Source: Hadesarchaea archaeon (GTDB lineage Archaea; Hadarchaeota; Hadarchaeia; Hadarchaeales; WYZ-LMO6). From it: 57,186 nt of DNA. The stretch's first letter is position 1; each line of letters opens with the position of its first letter. The stretch covers positions 1-57,186 of the forward strand of contig JAPDJF010000002.1 in NCBI GenBank assembly GCA_029259185.1, written 5' to 3'. This document shows positions 44,546-53,708 of the stretch, one piece after another. The position numbers were made by a program, and so were the translations under genes. The notes under the pieces were generated by a model. It was given only the letters and a program-made list of their open reading frames with translations. It searched no databases and was not told the DNA's origin.

Positions 44546-45613
44546 CTAGGAGGGGGTGAGCCTGACGTATCCCCCCCTCTTCACCACCACCATGTCCTCC
44601 TTTCTCGCACCACCCAGCTTGGGGACGTACACGCCCGGTTCTACCGTGATCACCACATTCTCCCTGAGGATTTTCTTCGAGTTCGGGCTTAAACTCGGGG
44701 GCTCATGCACCTCCAGTCCTATCCCGTGCCCCGTGCCGTGGATGAATGAATCGCTGAGCCCCTTTTCCGAAATCACCCTCCTAGCTTCGGCGTCCACCCT
44801 CCCCCCCTCGATCCCGCTTTTTACCACGTTGAGGGCGGCCTTCTGTGCTTCCTCCACCACTCCCTTTAGCTTCAGCAGTTTTGGGGTGGGCGAGATGGTG
44901 AAGGTCCTCGTCATATCGGAGGCATACCCTCTACAGGTGGCTCCCAGATCTACTATCACAAGTTCCCCCTCCTTCAGGACCTTGTTACTCGCGGTGGCGT
45001 GGGGGATGGCGGCATTCCTCCCCGATGCCACTATGGTGTGGAACGGTGTGCCCTCTGAGCCCTTTCTCCTCATCTCGTACTCAATTTCTGCTGCTATTTC
45101 CAGCTCGGTTATCCCTTTTCTGATGAGCTGGGCTGCACACTTCATTCCCTCGGCCGCTATTCCCGCGGCTCTCCTCAGCCACTTCAGTTCTTCTTCGGTT
45201 TTGACCTCGCAGAACTCCGAGAAGAATTTTGGAAATCGCCTGTAGGTGGTTTGGGGGGTTCTCCTCTTCAATTTTTTGAGAAAAATAGGTGACATCTCGT
45301 CGTACACCACCTTCCTGGCATCCACCTCGTTCAGAATCCTTCCCGTCACTTCCCACAGCCTTCCGCCCCACATCCCTCCCGGGTGGTCAAGGGAGGAGTA
45401 CGGGCGCACGTCTTTGATCCGGCTTTCCGCTGAGGCTCTTTCGAGTTCGAGCCTCGTACACACGAGGATGGGTTCCTCTTCAAGAGGGATGATTACCAGC
45501 TCCCCTGCGGCGGTGCATGAGAGGTACCGATGGTGTCTCACCACCACCCAAGCATCAGAATCCAGCTCCTCGAGCTTGGCCTTGAGGTTTAGCACGCGTT
45601 CTCTCATGGTCAC
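44546..45613 (-). CDS. M24-family Xaa-Pro peptidase (prolidase/aminopeptidase P-like)
   Basis: DLGATCRGYASDMTRT, HGTGHGIGLEVHEPP, VITVEPGVY metal-ligand motifs. Confidence 0.9.
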   Translation of the reverse strand: MTMRERVLNLKAKLEELDSDAWVVVRHHRYLSCTAAGELVIIPLEEEPILVCTRLELERASAESRIKDVRPYSSLDHPGGMWGGRLWEVTGRILNEVDARKVVYDEMSPIFLKKLKRRTPQTTYRRFPKFFSEFCEVKTEEELKWLRRAAGIAAEGMKCAAQLIRKGITELEIAAEIEYEMRRKGSEGTPFHTIVASGRNAAIPHATASNKVLKEGELVIVDLGATCRGYASDMTRTFTISPTPKLLKLKGVVEEAQKAALNVVKSGIEGGRVDAEARRVISEKGLSDSFIHGTGHGIGLEVHEPPSLSPNSKKILRENVVITVEPGVYVPKLGGARKEDMVVVKRGGYVRLTPS

Positions 45614-45643
45614 GATTTTTTTAGATCCCCCAGTAAAAATCGT

Positions 45644-46198
45644 TTGGTGGAGAAGAAACTGGAGGTGGCGAGATACTACGATGAAACCTCAAGGCGATAC
45701 GAGCGGAGGTACGCCGAGATCCAAAACAAAAAATACCGAATTCTCTTAGCACATTCTCCGCGTGGTAGGAAGGTTCTAGATCTTGGATGTGGTACGGGCA
45801 TGTTATTGAGACGCATCAAGGGGGATCATGAGTTGGTAGTTGGAATCGACATCTCGCTTGGAATGCTGAGGAAAGCGAGGAAGGAGGTTCCGGATGTTCC
45901 CCTTATCCTCGCAGATGCTGATCACCTCCCATTCGGGGATGAGTGTTTCGATGCGGTCTTTTCGGTCACGGTTCTTCAAAACCTCCCGGATCCGCTCTCC
46001 GCTCTACGTGAAGTGGTGCGGGTGACCAAGCCTGGGGGAAGGGTTTTGGTGAGTACGCTTAAGCGCAAACATTCGAAGGAGAGGGTGAGGGAGTGGGTAA
46101 AAGAACTCGGTCTGAGAGAGGATGAGATCTTGGAGAGGGAGGATGTGGAGGACGTGCTCCTCATCGCCACGAGGACGATAGAGGACAGGATTAAATAG
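45644..46198 (+). CDS. class I SAM-dependent methyltransferase
   Basis: VLDLGCGTGMLL and FDAVFSVTVLQNLPDP. Confidence 0.85.
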   Translation: MVEKKLEVARYYDETSRRYERRYAEIQNKKYRILLAHSPRGRKVLDLGCGTGMLLRRIKGDHELVVGIDISLGMLRKARKEVPDVPLILADADHLPFGDECFDAVFSVTVLQNLPDPLSALREVVRVTKPGGRVLVSTLKRKHSKERVREWVKELGLREDEILEREDVEDVLLIATRTIEDRIK

Positions 46199-46220
46199 GG
46201 AAGAGGACGGGGTAGTTTCG

Positions 46221-47018
46221 ATGGCGGGCCGGGATTTCTCCCGCGTGAGGAGGATAGTCGTAAAAGTGGGCACGAGCAGCCTCACCGATGCGAGGTCGAG
46301 GTTGGATTCAAGGAAGGTTGGGAAACTCGTTCGGGAGGTAATGAAGGTGAGAAGGCTGGGGAAGGAGGTGATCCTGGTCAGTTCTGGGGCGATTGGAGCA
46401 GGGCTGGGAAAACTGGGGATGAAGGGGAGACCCAAGGGGTTGGCGATGCTTCAAGCCTCAGCGGCGGTAGGGCAGGGGATTCTCATGAACGTGTACGAGA
46501 AATACTTCAGCCGATATGGTCAGCCCGTAGCACAGCTCTTGCTCACCCGAGAGGACTTTACTGATCCAGTACGGAGCAGGAACCTCAAGAATACCTTGAA
46601 GGCGCTGGAGGAGTGGGGTGTGATACCGATTGTGAACGAAAACGACAGTGTAGTGGTGGAGGAGATCAAAGTGGGAGATAATGACTTACTTTCTGCATAC
46701 TTGGCGAGAGCCTCGCGTGCAGATCTCCTCATCATCCTCTCGGACATAGACGGGTTGTACACAGGAGATCCGAAAAAGAGCAAGCACGTCAAGCTTCTAC
46801 ATGAGGTCAAGAGCTTCACCCCCCAGCTTGAGAGATTGGGGGGAAGAGCGTCGTCTCAAGGGTTTGGTGGAATGAAGACTAAAATTCAAGCGGCGAGGAT
46901 AGCCTGTGAGGCTGGAATACCCGTGATCGTTGCGAAGGCAGAGGAGCGGGACGTGCTGAGACGTCTGCTAGGGGGTGAAGAGGTGGGGACGTTCTTCGTC
47001 CCTAGGGGATGGAGATGA
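46221..47018 (+). CDS. proB: glutamate 5-kinase (no PUA domain)
   Basis: VVKVGTSSLT, VSSGAIGAG, amino-acid-kinase fold. 265 aa. Confidence 0.9.
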   Translation: MAGRDFSRVRRIVVKVGTSSLTDARSRLDSRKVGKLVREVMKVRRLGKEVILVSSGAIGAGLGKLGMKGRPKGLAMLQASAAVGQGILMNVYEKYFSRYGQPVAQLLLTREDFTDPVRSRNLKNTLKALEEWGVIPIVNENDSVVVEEIKVGDNDLLSAYLARASRADLLIILSDIDGLYTGDPKKSKHVKLLHEVKSFTPQLERLGGRASSQGFGGMKTKIQAARIACEAGIPVIVAKAEERDVLRRLLGGEEVGTFFVPRGWR

Positions 47019-48346
47019 GGGGAGTTCTAAAGAAGGTCAGGGCTGCCAAGGAAGCCGCGCTCCGCATGGGAAATTTACCCACCGAGCTCAAGAACGATGC
47101 GTTACGGAAGGCGGCGACATCGATGGTGGAGCACCGTGGAGAAATCCTTGAGGCAAACCGGAAGGACGTTACACTAGCTGAGCGTGAACTGAAAAGGGGC
47201 AAACTCTCGAGAGCGTTCGTGAATAGGCTGAAGCTCGATCGATCCAAAGTGGACGGAATAGCCAAGATGGTGGAGAGCGTGGCCGAGCTGGAAGACCCGG
47301 TGGGTAAAACCTTGTATGCATGCAAACTGGATGAGGGGCTCGAGCTCTACAAGGTTTCGTGTCCCATAGGGGTGGTGGGTGCGATATTCGAGGCACGTCC
47401 TGACGTGCTTCCCCAGATTTCCTCGTTGTGCTTGAAGTCTGGAAACGCTGTGATCCTGAAGGGAGGAAAGGAAGCCGCGAACTCAAATGAGATCCTCTTT
47501 CGGTTGATGAAGGATTCAACCGAGGACTCAGGGGTACCCGAGGGCTGGATCCAGTTGATAGGGGCTCGGAGGGAAGTCATGGAGCTCCTGAGGTTAGACG
47601 AGCACGTAGACCTGCTAGTTCCTCGGGGGGGTAAGGAGTTCATCAAATTCATCCAGCAGAACACGCGCATCCCCGTGCTGGGGCACGCGGAGGGAGTTTG
47701 TCACGTCTATGTCGACGAGCATGCAGACCTTCAAAAAGCCCTCAGCATATGTTACGATGCAAAGGTTCAGTATCCCTCGGTCTGCAATGCGGCCGAGAAA
47801 GTGCTCGTGCATCGGTCTATAGCTGGGGAATTCCTCCCCCGTTTGGTGGAGATTTACTCGAAGGCGGGGGTGGAGGTCAGGGGGTGTGCCCGCACCCGGG
47901 AAATTGTAAAAGTTAAGAGGGCCACGAAACAAGACTGGCGGGCGGAATACTTGGATCTCGTGATCTCGGTGAAAATCGTCCGTGATGTGGATGAGGCGAT
48001 CGAACACATCAACGAGTACGGATCCAAGCATACGGATGCGATAGTTACTGAGGATCGGAATACTGCGATGAAGTTTTTGGAGGGCGTGGACTCTTCCTCC
48101 GTTATGTGGAATGCCTCCACTAGGTTCAGCGATGGGTACAGATATGGGCTGGGGGCTGAGGTTGGAATAAGCACGGGGAAGATCCATGCTAGAGGACCTG
48201 TGGGGCTCGAGGGCCTGACTACTTCCAAGTACTACCTCATCGGGAAGGGACACGTGGTTGCTCCGTACGTGGGACCCTCACCAAAACCCTTCCTCCATGA
48301 GCTCATGCGGAAAACTTGGAACGAAGTGAAGGGGGGAACGGGCTGA
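47009..48346 (+). CDS. proA: gamma-glutamyl phosphate reductase
   Basis: 445 aa. CNAAEKVLVH catalytic-Cys context and NASTRFSDG motif. Confidence 0.95.
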   Translation: MEMRGVLKKVRAAKEAALRMGNLPTELKNDALRKAATSMVEHRGEILEANRKDVTLAERELKRGKLSRAFVNRLKLDRSKVDGIAKMVESVAELEDPVGKTLYACKLDEGLELYKVSCPIGVVGAIFEARPDVLPQISSLCLKSGNAVILKGGKEAANSNEILFRLMKDSTEDSGVPEGWIQLIGARREVMELLRLDEHVDLLVPRGGKEFIKFIQQNTRIPVLGHAEGVCHVYVDEHADLQKALSICYDAKVQYPSVCNAAEKVLVHRSIAGEFLPRLVEIYSKAGVEVRGCARTREIVKVKRATKQDWRAEYLDLVISVKIVRDVDEAIEHINEYGSKHTDAIVTEDRNTAMKFLEGVDSSSVMWNASTRFSDGYRYGLGAEVGISTGKIHARGPVGLEGLTTSKYYLIGKGHVVAPYVGPSPKPFLHELMRKTWNEVKGGTG

Positions 48347-49134
48347 GGGTAGGTGTGGTGGGGGCGGGGAGGCTCGGATCTTCTCTCGTGAAGGGCATGC
48401 TGAGGGCGGGCCTCCCGAAGGAAAGCATATTCCTAAGCGACAAGGATCCTGAGAAGCGGAAAGCGGTGGAAAAACTCGGTGTGAGGGTTTCTGAAAACAA
48501 CGTCTCCCTCGCTCGAAGCTCGGACGTGATATTCCTGGCGGTGAAGCCGAAAGAACTCGATGGGGTTCTGGACGAGATAAAGGGGGTGTTGGGGGAGAAG
48601 CTTTTGATTTCCCCCGTGGCAGGCGTACCCATGGGGAAAATAGAGGAGAAGCTGAGGGGGGCGAAAATAGTAAGGTTGATGCCGAATCTAGCGTGTGCAG
48701 TGGGTGAGGGGGTTATGGTGTACTCTCTATCTCCAGCAGTGGACGAGTCAGAGCGGGAGATGGTCGAGAGCCTGTTCGCCAAGCTTGGACTTCCGATAGA
48801 GGTCAGAGAGGACCAGATGGACGTGGTGACGGGGTTGAGTGGCAGCGGTCCGGCATACTTTTCGCTCGTGATCCAGGCGCTCGTTGAGGGCGCGGAAGAA
48901 CTCGGCATGCGTAGGGAAGAGGCACTCAGGCTTGCATCCCAAACGGCCAAGGGAACGGGTGAGATGCTATTGAAGTTAGGTTTAAAACCCGATGAGCTAA
49001 AAAAAATGGTGTCCTCTCCCGGTGGAACGACGGAGGCAGGTTTGCGGGAGCTGGAGCGAGCGAAGGTCTTTGAAGCGTTCAAAAAAGCCCTAACGGCGGC
49101 GGTCGAGAGGGCCAAGGAGCTGGGGTCGGGTTAA
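48316..49134 (+). CDS. proC: pyrroline-5-carboxylate reductase
   Basis: VGVVGAGRLGSSL Rossmann and SPGGTTEAG signature. The start codon is uncertain (TTG 48316 or a downstream GTG). Confidence 0.9.
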   Translation: MERSEGGNGLRVGVVGAGRLGSSLVKGMLRAGLPKESIFLSDKDPEKRKAVEKLGVRVSENNVSLARSSDVIFLAVKPKELDGVLDEIKGVLGEKLLISPVAGVPMGKIEEKLRGAKIVRLMPNLACAVGEGVMVYSLSPAVDESEREMVESLFAKLGLPIEVREDQMDVVTGLSGSGPAYFSLVIQALVEGAEELGMRREEALRLASQTAKGTGEMLLKLGLKPDELKKMVSSPGGTTEAGLRELERAKVFEAFKKALTAAVERAKELGSG

Positions 49135-49628
49135 TGAAGTTCAAAAAGGTCGCTGCCGGGGGGACATTCGATCATTTGCACGATGGCCATGTGGCCCTCT
49201 TGGAGAAGGCGTTTGAGATAGGTGAGTGCGTATACATAGGGATATGTGCGGACGAGATGGTGAAGGTGAAAGGCTGTGGGGTTCAGCCGCTCGAACAGCG
49301 TTTGAGTTCGCTCCACCAGATACTAGGTGAAAGGGGATTTGGGGGAAGAGCAGAGGTGGTGGTAATCTACGACCCCCACGGTCCTGCAGCGACCGATCCG
49401 AACCTCGAGGCAATAGTCGTCAGCCCTGAGACGAAAAAGAGAGCGGAGGAGATAAACGAGCGCAGGAGGGCGAGCGGGCTCAGAGAACTTTGGATAGTGG
49501 AAATACCATTCGTTCTCGCTGAAGATGGCGAGCCTATCTCGTCCACCCGAATACGGGCGGGGGAGATAGACGTTCACGGGAAACTACTTAAACCAAGAAG
49601 GGACGAGAAGCGTTTGAATGGGAAGTAA
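49134..49628 (+). CDS. archaeal-type phosphopantetheine adenylyltransferase (cytidylyltransferase fold)
   Basis: AAGGTFDHLHDGH (HxGH) and ISSTRIR. 164 aa. Directly upstream of coaBC. Confidence 0.8.
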   Translation: MKFKKVAAGGTFDHLHDGHVALLEKAFEIGECVYIGICADEMVKVKGCGVQPLEQRLSSLHQILGERGFGGRAEVVVIYDPHGPAATDPNLEAIVVSPETKKRAEEINERRRASGLRELWIVEIPFVLAEDGEPISSTRIRAGEIDVHGKLLKPRRDEKRLNGK

Positions 49629-50784
49629 ACGAATCCTCCTCTGCATTACCGGAAGCGCTGCTGCGATGAGGTCCCCCGAACTCGCACGCGAATTCGCTCG
49701 TCGGGGGGCCGAGGTCAGGGTGGTGATGAGCCAGAGCGCGACCCAGCTCGTGGCTCCTATGCTCATGCACTGGGCTACGGGTAAAAAGGTCGTAACGGAA
49801 CTCACCGGAGAGATCGAACACATAGCGCTCTCGGAGTGGGCAGATGCCGTGGTAGTAGCACCCGCGACCGCTAACACATTGGGAAAGATGGCCAACGGTA
49901 TCGCGGATACCCCTGTTACGGCAGTCTTCATATCAGCGGTGGGGTTGGGAAAGCGGATTTTCGTTGTACCGGCGATGCATGCGAGCATGTACTCGAGTAA
50001 ACCCGTGCGGGAGAATCTAGCCAAGCTCAACTCGATGGGTGTGGTTGAGATCAAACCTCACATCGCTGAAGGGAAGGCGAAGGTCGCGGGGGTGAGGGAA
50101 ATAGTGGAGTGGGTGATGTCCGATAAGGGGAGGGATATGGAGGGGATGAAGGTGCTGGTGACGGGGGGTCCGACGGTCGAGCCCATCGACAGGATAAAAA
50201 TGATAACGAACCGGAGTTCTGGAAAAATGGGGGTAGCCGTGGCTCGAGCTGCATTCATGCGTGGGGCGGAGGTAACATTCATCTACGGTCCGGGTGTCGA
50301 AAATCCTCCAAGTGGTGTAAGGGTGATCCGTGTCTGGCGAACCCAAGAGATGAAGGAGGCATTCGAGAGCGAACTCAAGCATGGGTACGATATAGTGGTG
50401 GCAACGGCCGCTGCTCAGGATTTGATGGTCGAGAACCCGCTTGACCGAAAATTGAGAAGCACGGAGTCCGTGGAGCTCAAGCTGGTTCCTGCCCCTAGGA
50501 TTGTGGACGGAGCTAAGCGGATTGCCCCCAAAACCTTCGTAATAGTTTTCAAAGCGGAATATGGTGCCACCGATGAGGAATTGGTGAGGGCCGCTGAGGC
50601 GAAACTCGAAGAGGGATTCGACATGGTGGTGGCGAACGATGTATCGAGACCCGGGATCGGCTTTGGGGAGGATATGAATGAGGTGATGTTCGTCCAGCGC
50701 TCGGGTGTTGAGAGTTTCAAAGGGAGAAAGGACGAGATAGCCCATCGGATCTTCGATATAGCCCTCAAGCGAATGAGGAGCTAA
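49618..50784 (+). CDS. coaBC: bifunctional phosphopantothenoylcysteine decarboxylase / synthetase
   Basis: ILLCITGSAAA flavoprotein N-terminus. VTGGPTVEPID...ITNRSSGKMG CoaB motif. Confidence 0.95.
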   Translation: MGSKRILLCITGSAAAMRSPELAREFARRGAEVRVVMSQSATQLVAPMLMHWATGKKVVTELTGEIEHIALSEWADAVVVAPATANTLGKMANGIADTPVTAVFISAVGLGKRIFVVPAMHASMYSSKPVRENLAKLNSMGVVEIKPHIAEGKAKVAGVREIVEWVMSDKGRDMEGMKVLVTGGPTVEPIDRIKMITNRSSGKMGVAVARAAFMRGAEVTFIYGPGVENPPSGVRVIRVWRTQEMKEAFESELKHGYDIVVATAAAQDLMVENPLDRKLRSTESVELKLVPAPRIVDGAKRIAPKTFVIVFKAEYGATDEELVRAAEAKLEEGFDMVVANDVSRPGIGFGEDMNEVMFVQRSGVESFKGRKDEIAHRIFDIALKRMRS

Positions 50785-50819
50785 CGGCCGCCAGCATCAG
50801 GGACGGTACGGGAACTGAA

Positions 50820-51755
50820 GTGATAATGATGAGGCTCACCGCATTTGTCCCTGCCCACATTTCAGGGTTTTTTCAAATATGTGAATCGAAGAACCCCGAA
50901 CGTATGGGTTCACGGAACTGTGGCCCCTGCTTGGAAAAGGGGGTTCTGACGAGCGTCAGGGTGAAAGAAGATACGCGCACGAGGATCAGCGTATCCATAA
51001 ACGGGAGAAGGACATCAAAGGCGAGGACAAGCATTTGGCTCGCCCGGCAATTGCTTGAGAAAGGAGAAAAAAAGTTCTCAGTGGATGTGGACCACAAGCT
51101 ACAGGTTCCCATGGGCGCAGGATATGGGGCGAGCGGGGCTGGGGCACTCGGGCTCGCACTGGCACTCTCCAAAGCACTTGGTCTCCTGACGTCTCGCGAG
51201 GAGGCCATTCGCTTGGCCCACCTTGCAGAGGTGAAGAACCTTACAGGACTGGGAGATGTGGGTGCACAGGCGATCGGGGGGCTCGTGATGGGGATTCAGC
51301 CTGGAGCCCCCCCTCATGGCCGGTGGAGGCGAATTAGGATTTCCGAGCGGATGTGGCTCGTGTGTTGTACACTCGGACCAATCAGTACGAGAGAATTGCT
51401 TTCGGATCCTAGAATGTTGACACGATCCAAAAAGCTGGGCGCGCTCGCATTTCGCTCGCTCCTAAAGAAAACCGATGTGAGAAATTTCATGCGGGTTTCT
51501 CGAGACTTCGCCGAGCGTTTGGGGCTACTGGACAGCGAACTCCGCGAGTTGATGAGCATCGCTCTTAACTCAGGTAGCAGGTGGGCCAGTCAAGTGATGC
51601 TGGGGAGGGCTGTATTCGCGTTCGTGGATGATGAGAAATTGAAGCAAGTAATCGGGCAACTCTCCGGGTCGGCGGGTGAGAAATCGGTGATCTGGGGTAG
51701 GATAGCCCCCTCAGGTGCGAAGGTCTTGTCAATAGCTGAGCTAAAACTACTTTAA
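50820..51755 (+). CDS. GHMP-family kinase, archaeal pantoate kinase-like
   Basis: AFVPAHISGFF N-terminus and PMGAGYGASGAGALG GHMP motif II. Sits in a CoA-pathway context. Confidence 0.75.
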   Translation: MIMMRLTAFVPAHISGFFQICESKNPERMGSRNCGPCLEKGVLTSVRVKEDTRTRISVSINGRRTSKARTSIWLARQLLEKGEKKFSVDVDHKLQVPMGAGYGASGAGALGLALALSKALGLLTSREEAIRLAHLAEVKNLTGLGDVGAQAIGGLVMGIQPGAPPHGRWRRIRISERMWLVCCTLGPISTRELLSDPRMLTRSKKLGALAFRSLLKKTDVRNFMRVSRDFAERLGLLDSELRELMSIALNSGSRWASQVMLGRAVFAFVDDEKLKQVIGQLSGSAGEKSVIWGRIAPSGAKVLSIAELKLL

Positions 51756-51973
51756 CTTCTCCCGACAACCTTCGAGTAGCTTTTGCCTGGCGGGCATGTA
51801 GCCTTTTACCCCGGGACGGCATTCTCCTGTTAGCGGTCTGGGCCGAGCGTGAGGTCACGTCCCATTCTACAAGTAGCGGTCTGAGCCGTAGTGCAGTTCG
51901 GAGGCCTTCCCTCACGCTTTGGCCGGGGCAAGAGGGCATGGAGTTAACCCCTTGCGAAGGGGTCAAACTAGGA

Positions 51974-52006
51974 AGCGTTGGCGATGTTAGCAGAGTCAAC
52001 GTTTTT
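51974..52006 (+). terminator. stem-loop followed by a T5 run
   Basis: agcgttg (51974-51980) pairs with caacgtt (51997-52003), running into ttttt (52002-52006). Confidence 0.3.
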
Positions 52007-52027
52007 CTAGGAACTCTTGAATGAGCT

Positions 52028-52555
52028 TCAGTAACGATCTTCGTGGACTATCTCTTCGAGGGGTCTCTTCGGGGTTCGCTCCGGTTTTTCAGCACTTTTC
52101 CCTATCGGAACTATAGCCACCGGGCGAACGTGGGGCGGAGTGCCTATCACCCTCGCAACCCTCCGCTCGTCGAATGCCCCCACCCAGCAACTCCCGTATC
52201 CCAGACTCGTAGCAGCGAGAAGGATATTTTGGGTCGCGGCAGCCGTGTCTTGAATACAATACAACTCTTCCCCCCTCCTCCCGTACCTACTAGCGGTTCG
52301 TTCGATGTTTGCGCACACCACTACAGCTACGGGGGCCTCGCCGACGAAAGGTTGACCGAAAGCCGCATCCATAAGTTTTTCTTTCACCTTTGGATCCTTA
52401 ACCACTACCAGCTCCAAAGGCTGGCAGTTTCCGGCGGAGGGTGCCCAGCGAGCTGCTTCTAAAATCGCGCGAAGGTCGCGCTCTTCTACGGGGTCGGGCC
52501 TGAAGGCCCTGATGCTCCTCCTCCGCTTGATAGCTTCCAAAGTGTCCATCCTCAA
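52028..52555 (-). CDS. nitroreductase-family protein
   Basis: 175 aa. RRSIRAF, WAPSAGNCQP, and a typical FMN-nitroreductase fold pattern. Confidence 0.85.
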   Translation of the reverse strand: MRMDTLEAIKRRRSIRAFRPDPVEERDLRAILEAARWAPSAGNCQPLELVVVKDPKVKEKLMDAAFGQPFVGEAPVAVVVCANIERTASRYGRRGEELYCIQDTAAATQNILLAATSLGYGSCWVGAFDERRVARVIGTPPHVRPVAIVPIGKSAEKPERTPKRPLEEIVHEDRY

Positions 52556-52563
52556 AACTTAAA

Positions 52564-52839
52564 GTGGGATGTAAAAAAGTTATTTGTATGGAAGGAGCGG
52601 ACGAGATCACTTGGATAGCTTTCAAGGCGGGGGAGTTCCTTGAGGATAAAGCTAGGGACTCTCCTCTCACGAAGAAAGATGTTGAAATGGCGTTCGATAT
52701 CTTCGCGAGACCCAGGTTGCAGAAGTTGCGTCTTCAAGGGAATTTCGAGCGCAGGCAGGTAGAAGACCAGATAATAGCCAAGCTGGAAGAAAAAGCGAGG
52801 CGGCTGAACTCGGAGCAGTGGGGGAAAGACGGTCTCTAG
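52564..52839 (+). CDS. hypothetical small protein
   Basis: 91-aa ORF, charged/helical C-terminus, no recognised motif. Confidence 0.35.
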   Translation: MGCKKVICMEGADEITWIAFKAGEFLEDKARDSPLTKKDVEMAFDIFARPRLQKLRLQGNFERRQVEDQIIAKLEEKARRLNSEQWGKDGL

Positions 52840-52859
52840 TCCCGATTTCTACCGCGGAT

Positions 52860-53042
52860 CTATGTCATGAACAAGAGCCAGTAGACCCCAAGGATGCACA
52901 GCGCTGTTATCGAGAATAGGCCTGCCGCCCACTTCCGCACCTGAGCCCGGATACAGATGTAACCGAAGAAACCTGTGCCTAGGGCTATCAGTATCAAGAG
53001 TATGCTCACGATGATTTTCAGGATCAAACCGAGATCCGGCAA
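52860..53042 (-). CDS. hypothetical small two-TM membrane protein
   Basis: 60 aa, two hydrophobic helices. Confidence 0.35.
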   Translation of the reverse strand: MPDLGLILKIIVSILLILIALGTGFFGYICIRAQVRKWAAGLFSITALCILGVYWLLFMT

Positions 53043-53130
53043 CTTTTCACCTTTAACCTATCGTGCTCGAATTTTTAACACTATCGGCAAAAGCCACCGA
53101 TAGAATCTTAAGGGAAGCCACTCAAACGCT

Positions 53131-53415
53131 ATGGTGATCGACAAAACCATCGAATGGCTCTCCGAAGACGAGGATGCGAGATGTATCTTTCGAGCTATCC
53201 AGAAGGCCAGCGAGGGAGAGAATAAAGGGGTATCTCCCTCCGAACTCTACAGTCTCCTCCCCCGCGCGGAAGTCTGGTTCCTCAGATGCATCCTTGATGG
53301 GCTTCTGGATTACGGGGTGATCACGAGGAAGCCCGATGGGAGATTCATTTTGACGGACAAAGGAAACAAAGTACTGGAAGTGGAGAAATCTCTGATGGAG
53401 GTAAAGAAGATATAA
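53131..53415 (+). CDS. small winged-helix-like DNA-binding protein (hypothetical)
   Basis: 94 aa. VSPSELYSLL...LDGLLDYGVITRKPDGRFILTDKG resembles a wHTH recognition helix plus wing. Confidence 0.45.
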   Translation: MVIDKTIEWLSEDEDARCIFRAIQKASEGENKGVSPSELYSLLPRAEVWFLRCILDGLLDYGVITRKPDGRFILTDKGNKVLEVEKSLMEVKKI

Positions 53416-53452
53416 CGCTCGCGCTTTGGGTTCACCGCTGGGGCAAAGCTCC

Positions 53453-53671
53453 TTACGGGGAATGTATCCCTTTGATGTTTCCCCCCTTGACGAAGATGAG
53501 TCGGTGTTTGCCCATCAATTTGTCATCCGAATATTCCTCCGCGTTCTCCAATATGAGGTTCTGGTATTGATCGTAAACGTTAAGCTTTCCGCGTATCTCC
53601 CTCCCATCTTTGATGAACACGTGGACGATGGAGCCGAGCAATCTTTTCAGGTCTATCTCCGCTTCCCCCAT
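53453..53671 (-). CDS. Sm-like archaeal protein (LSm/SmAP)
   Basis: 72 aa. Sm1 (REIRGKLNVYDQYQNLILENAEE) and Sm2 (LIFVKGGNI) motifs. Confidence 0.85.
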   Translation of the reverse strand: MGEAEIDLKRLLGSIVHVFIKDGREIRGKLNVYDQYQNLILENAEEYSDDKLMGKHRLIFVKGGNIKGIHSP

Positions 53672-53708
53672 GCGTTCAACCTATAAATCGATCGCTTTTT
53701 AAATTTAA

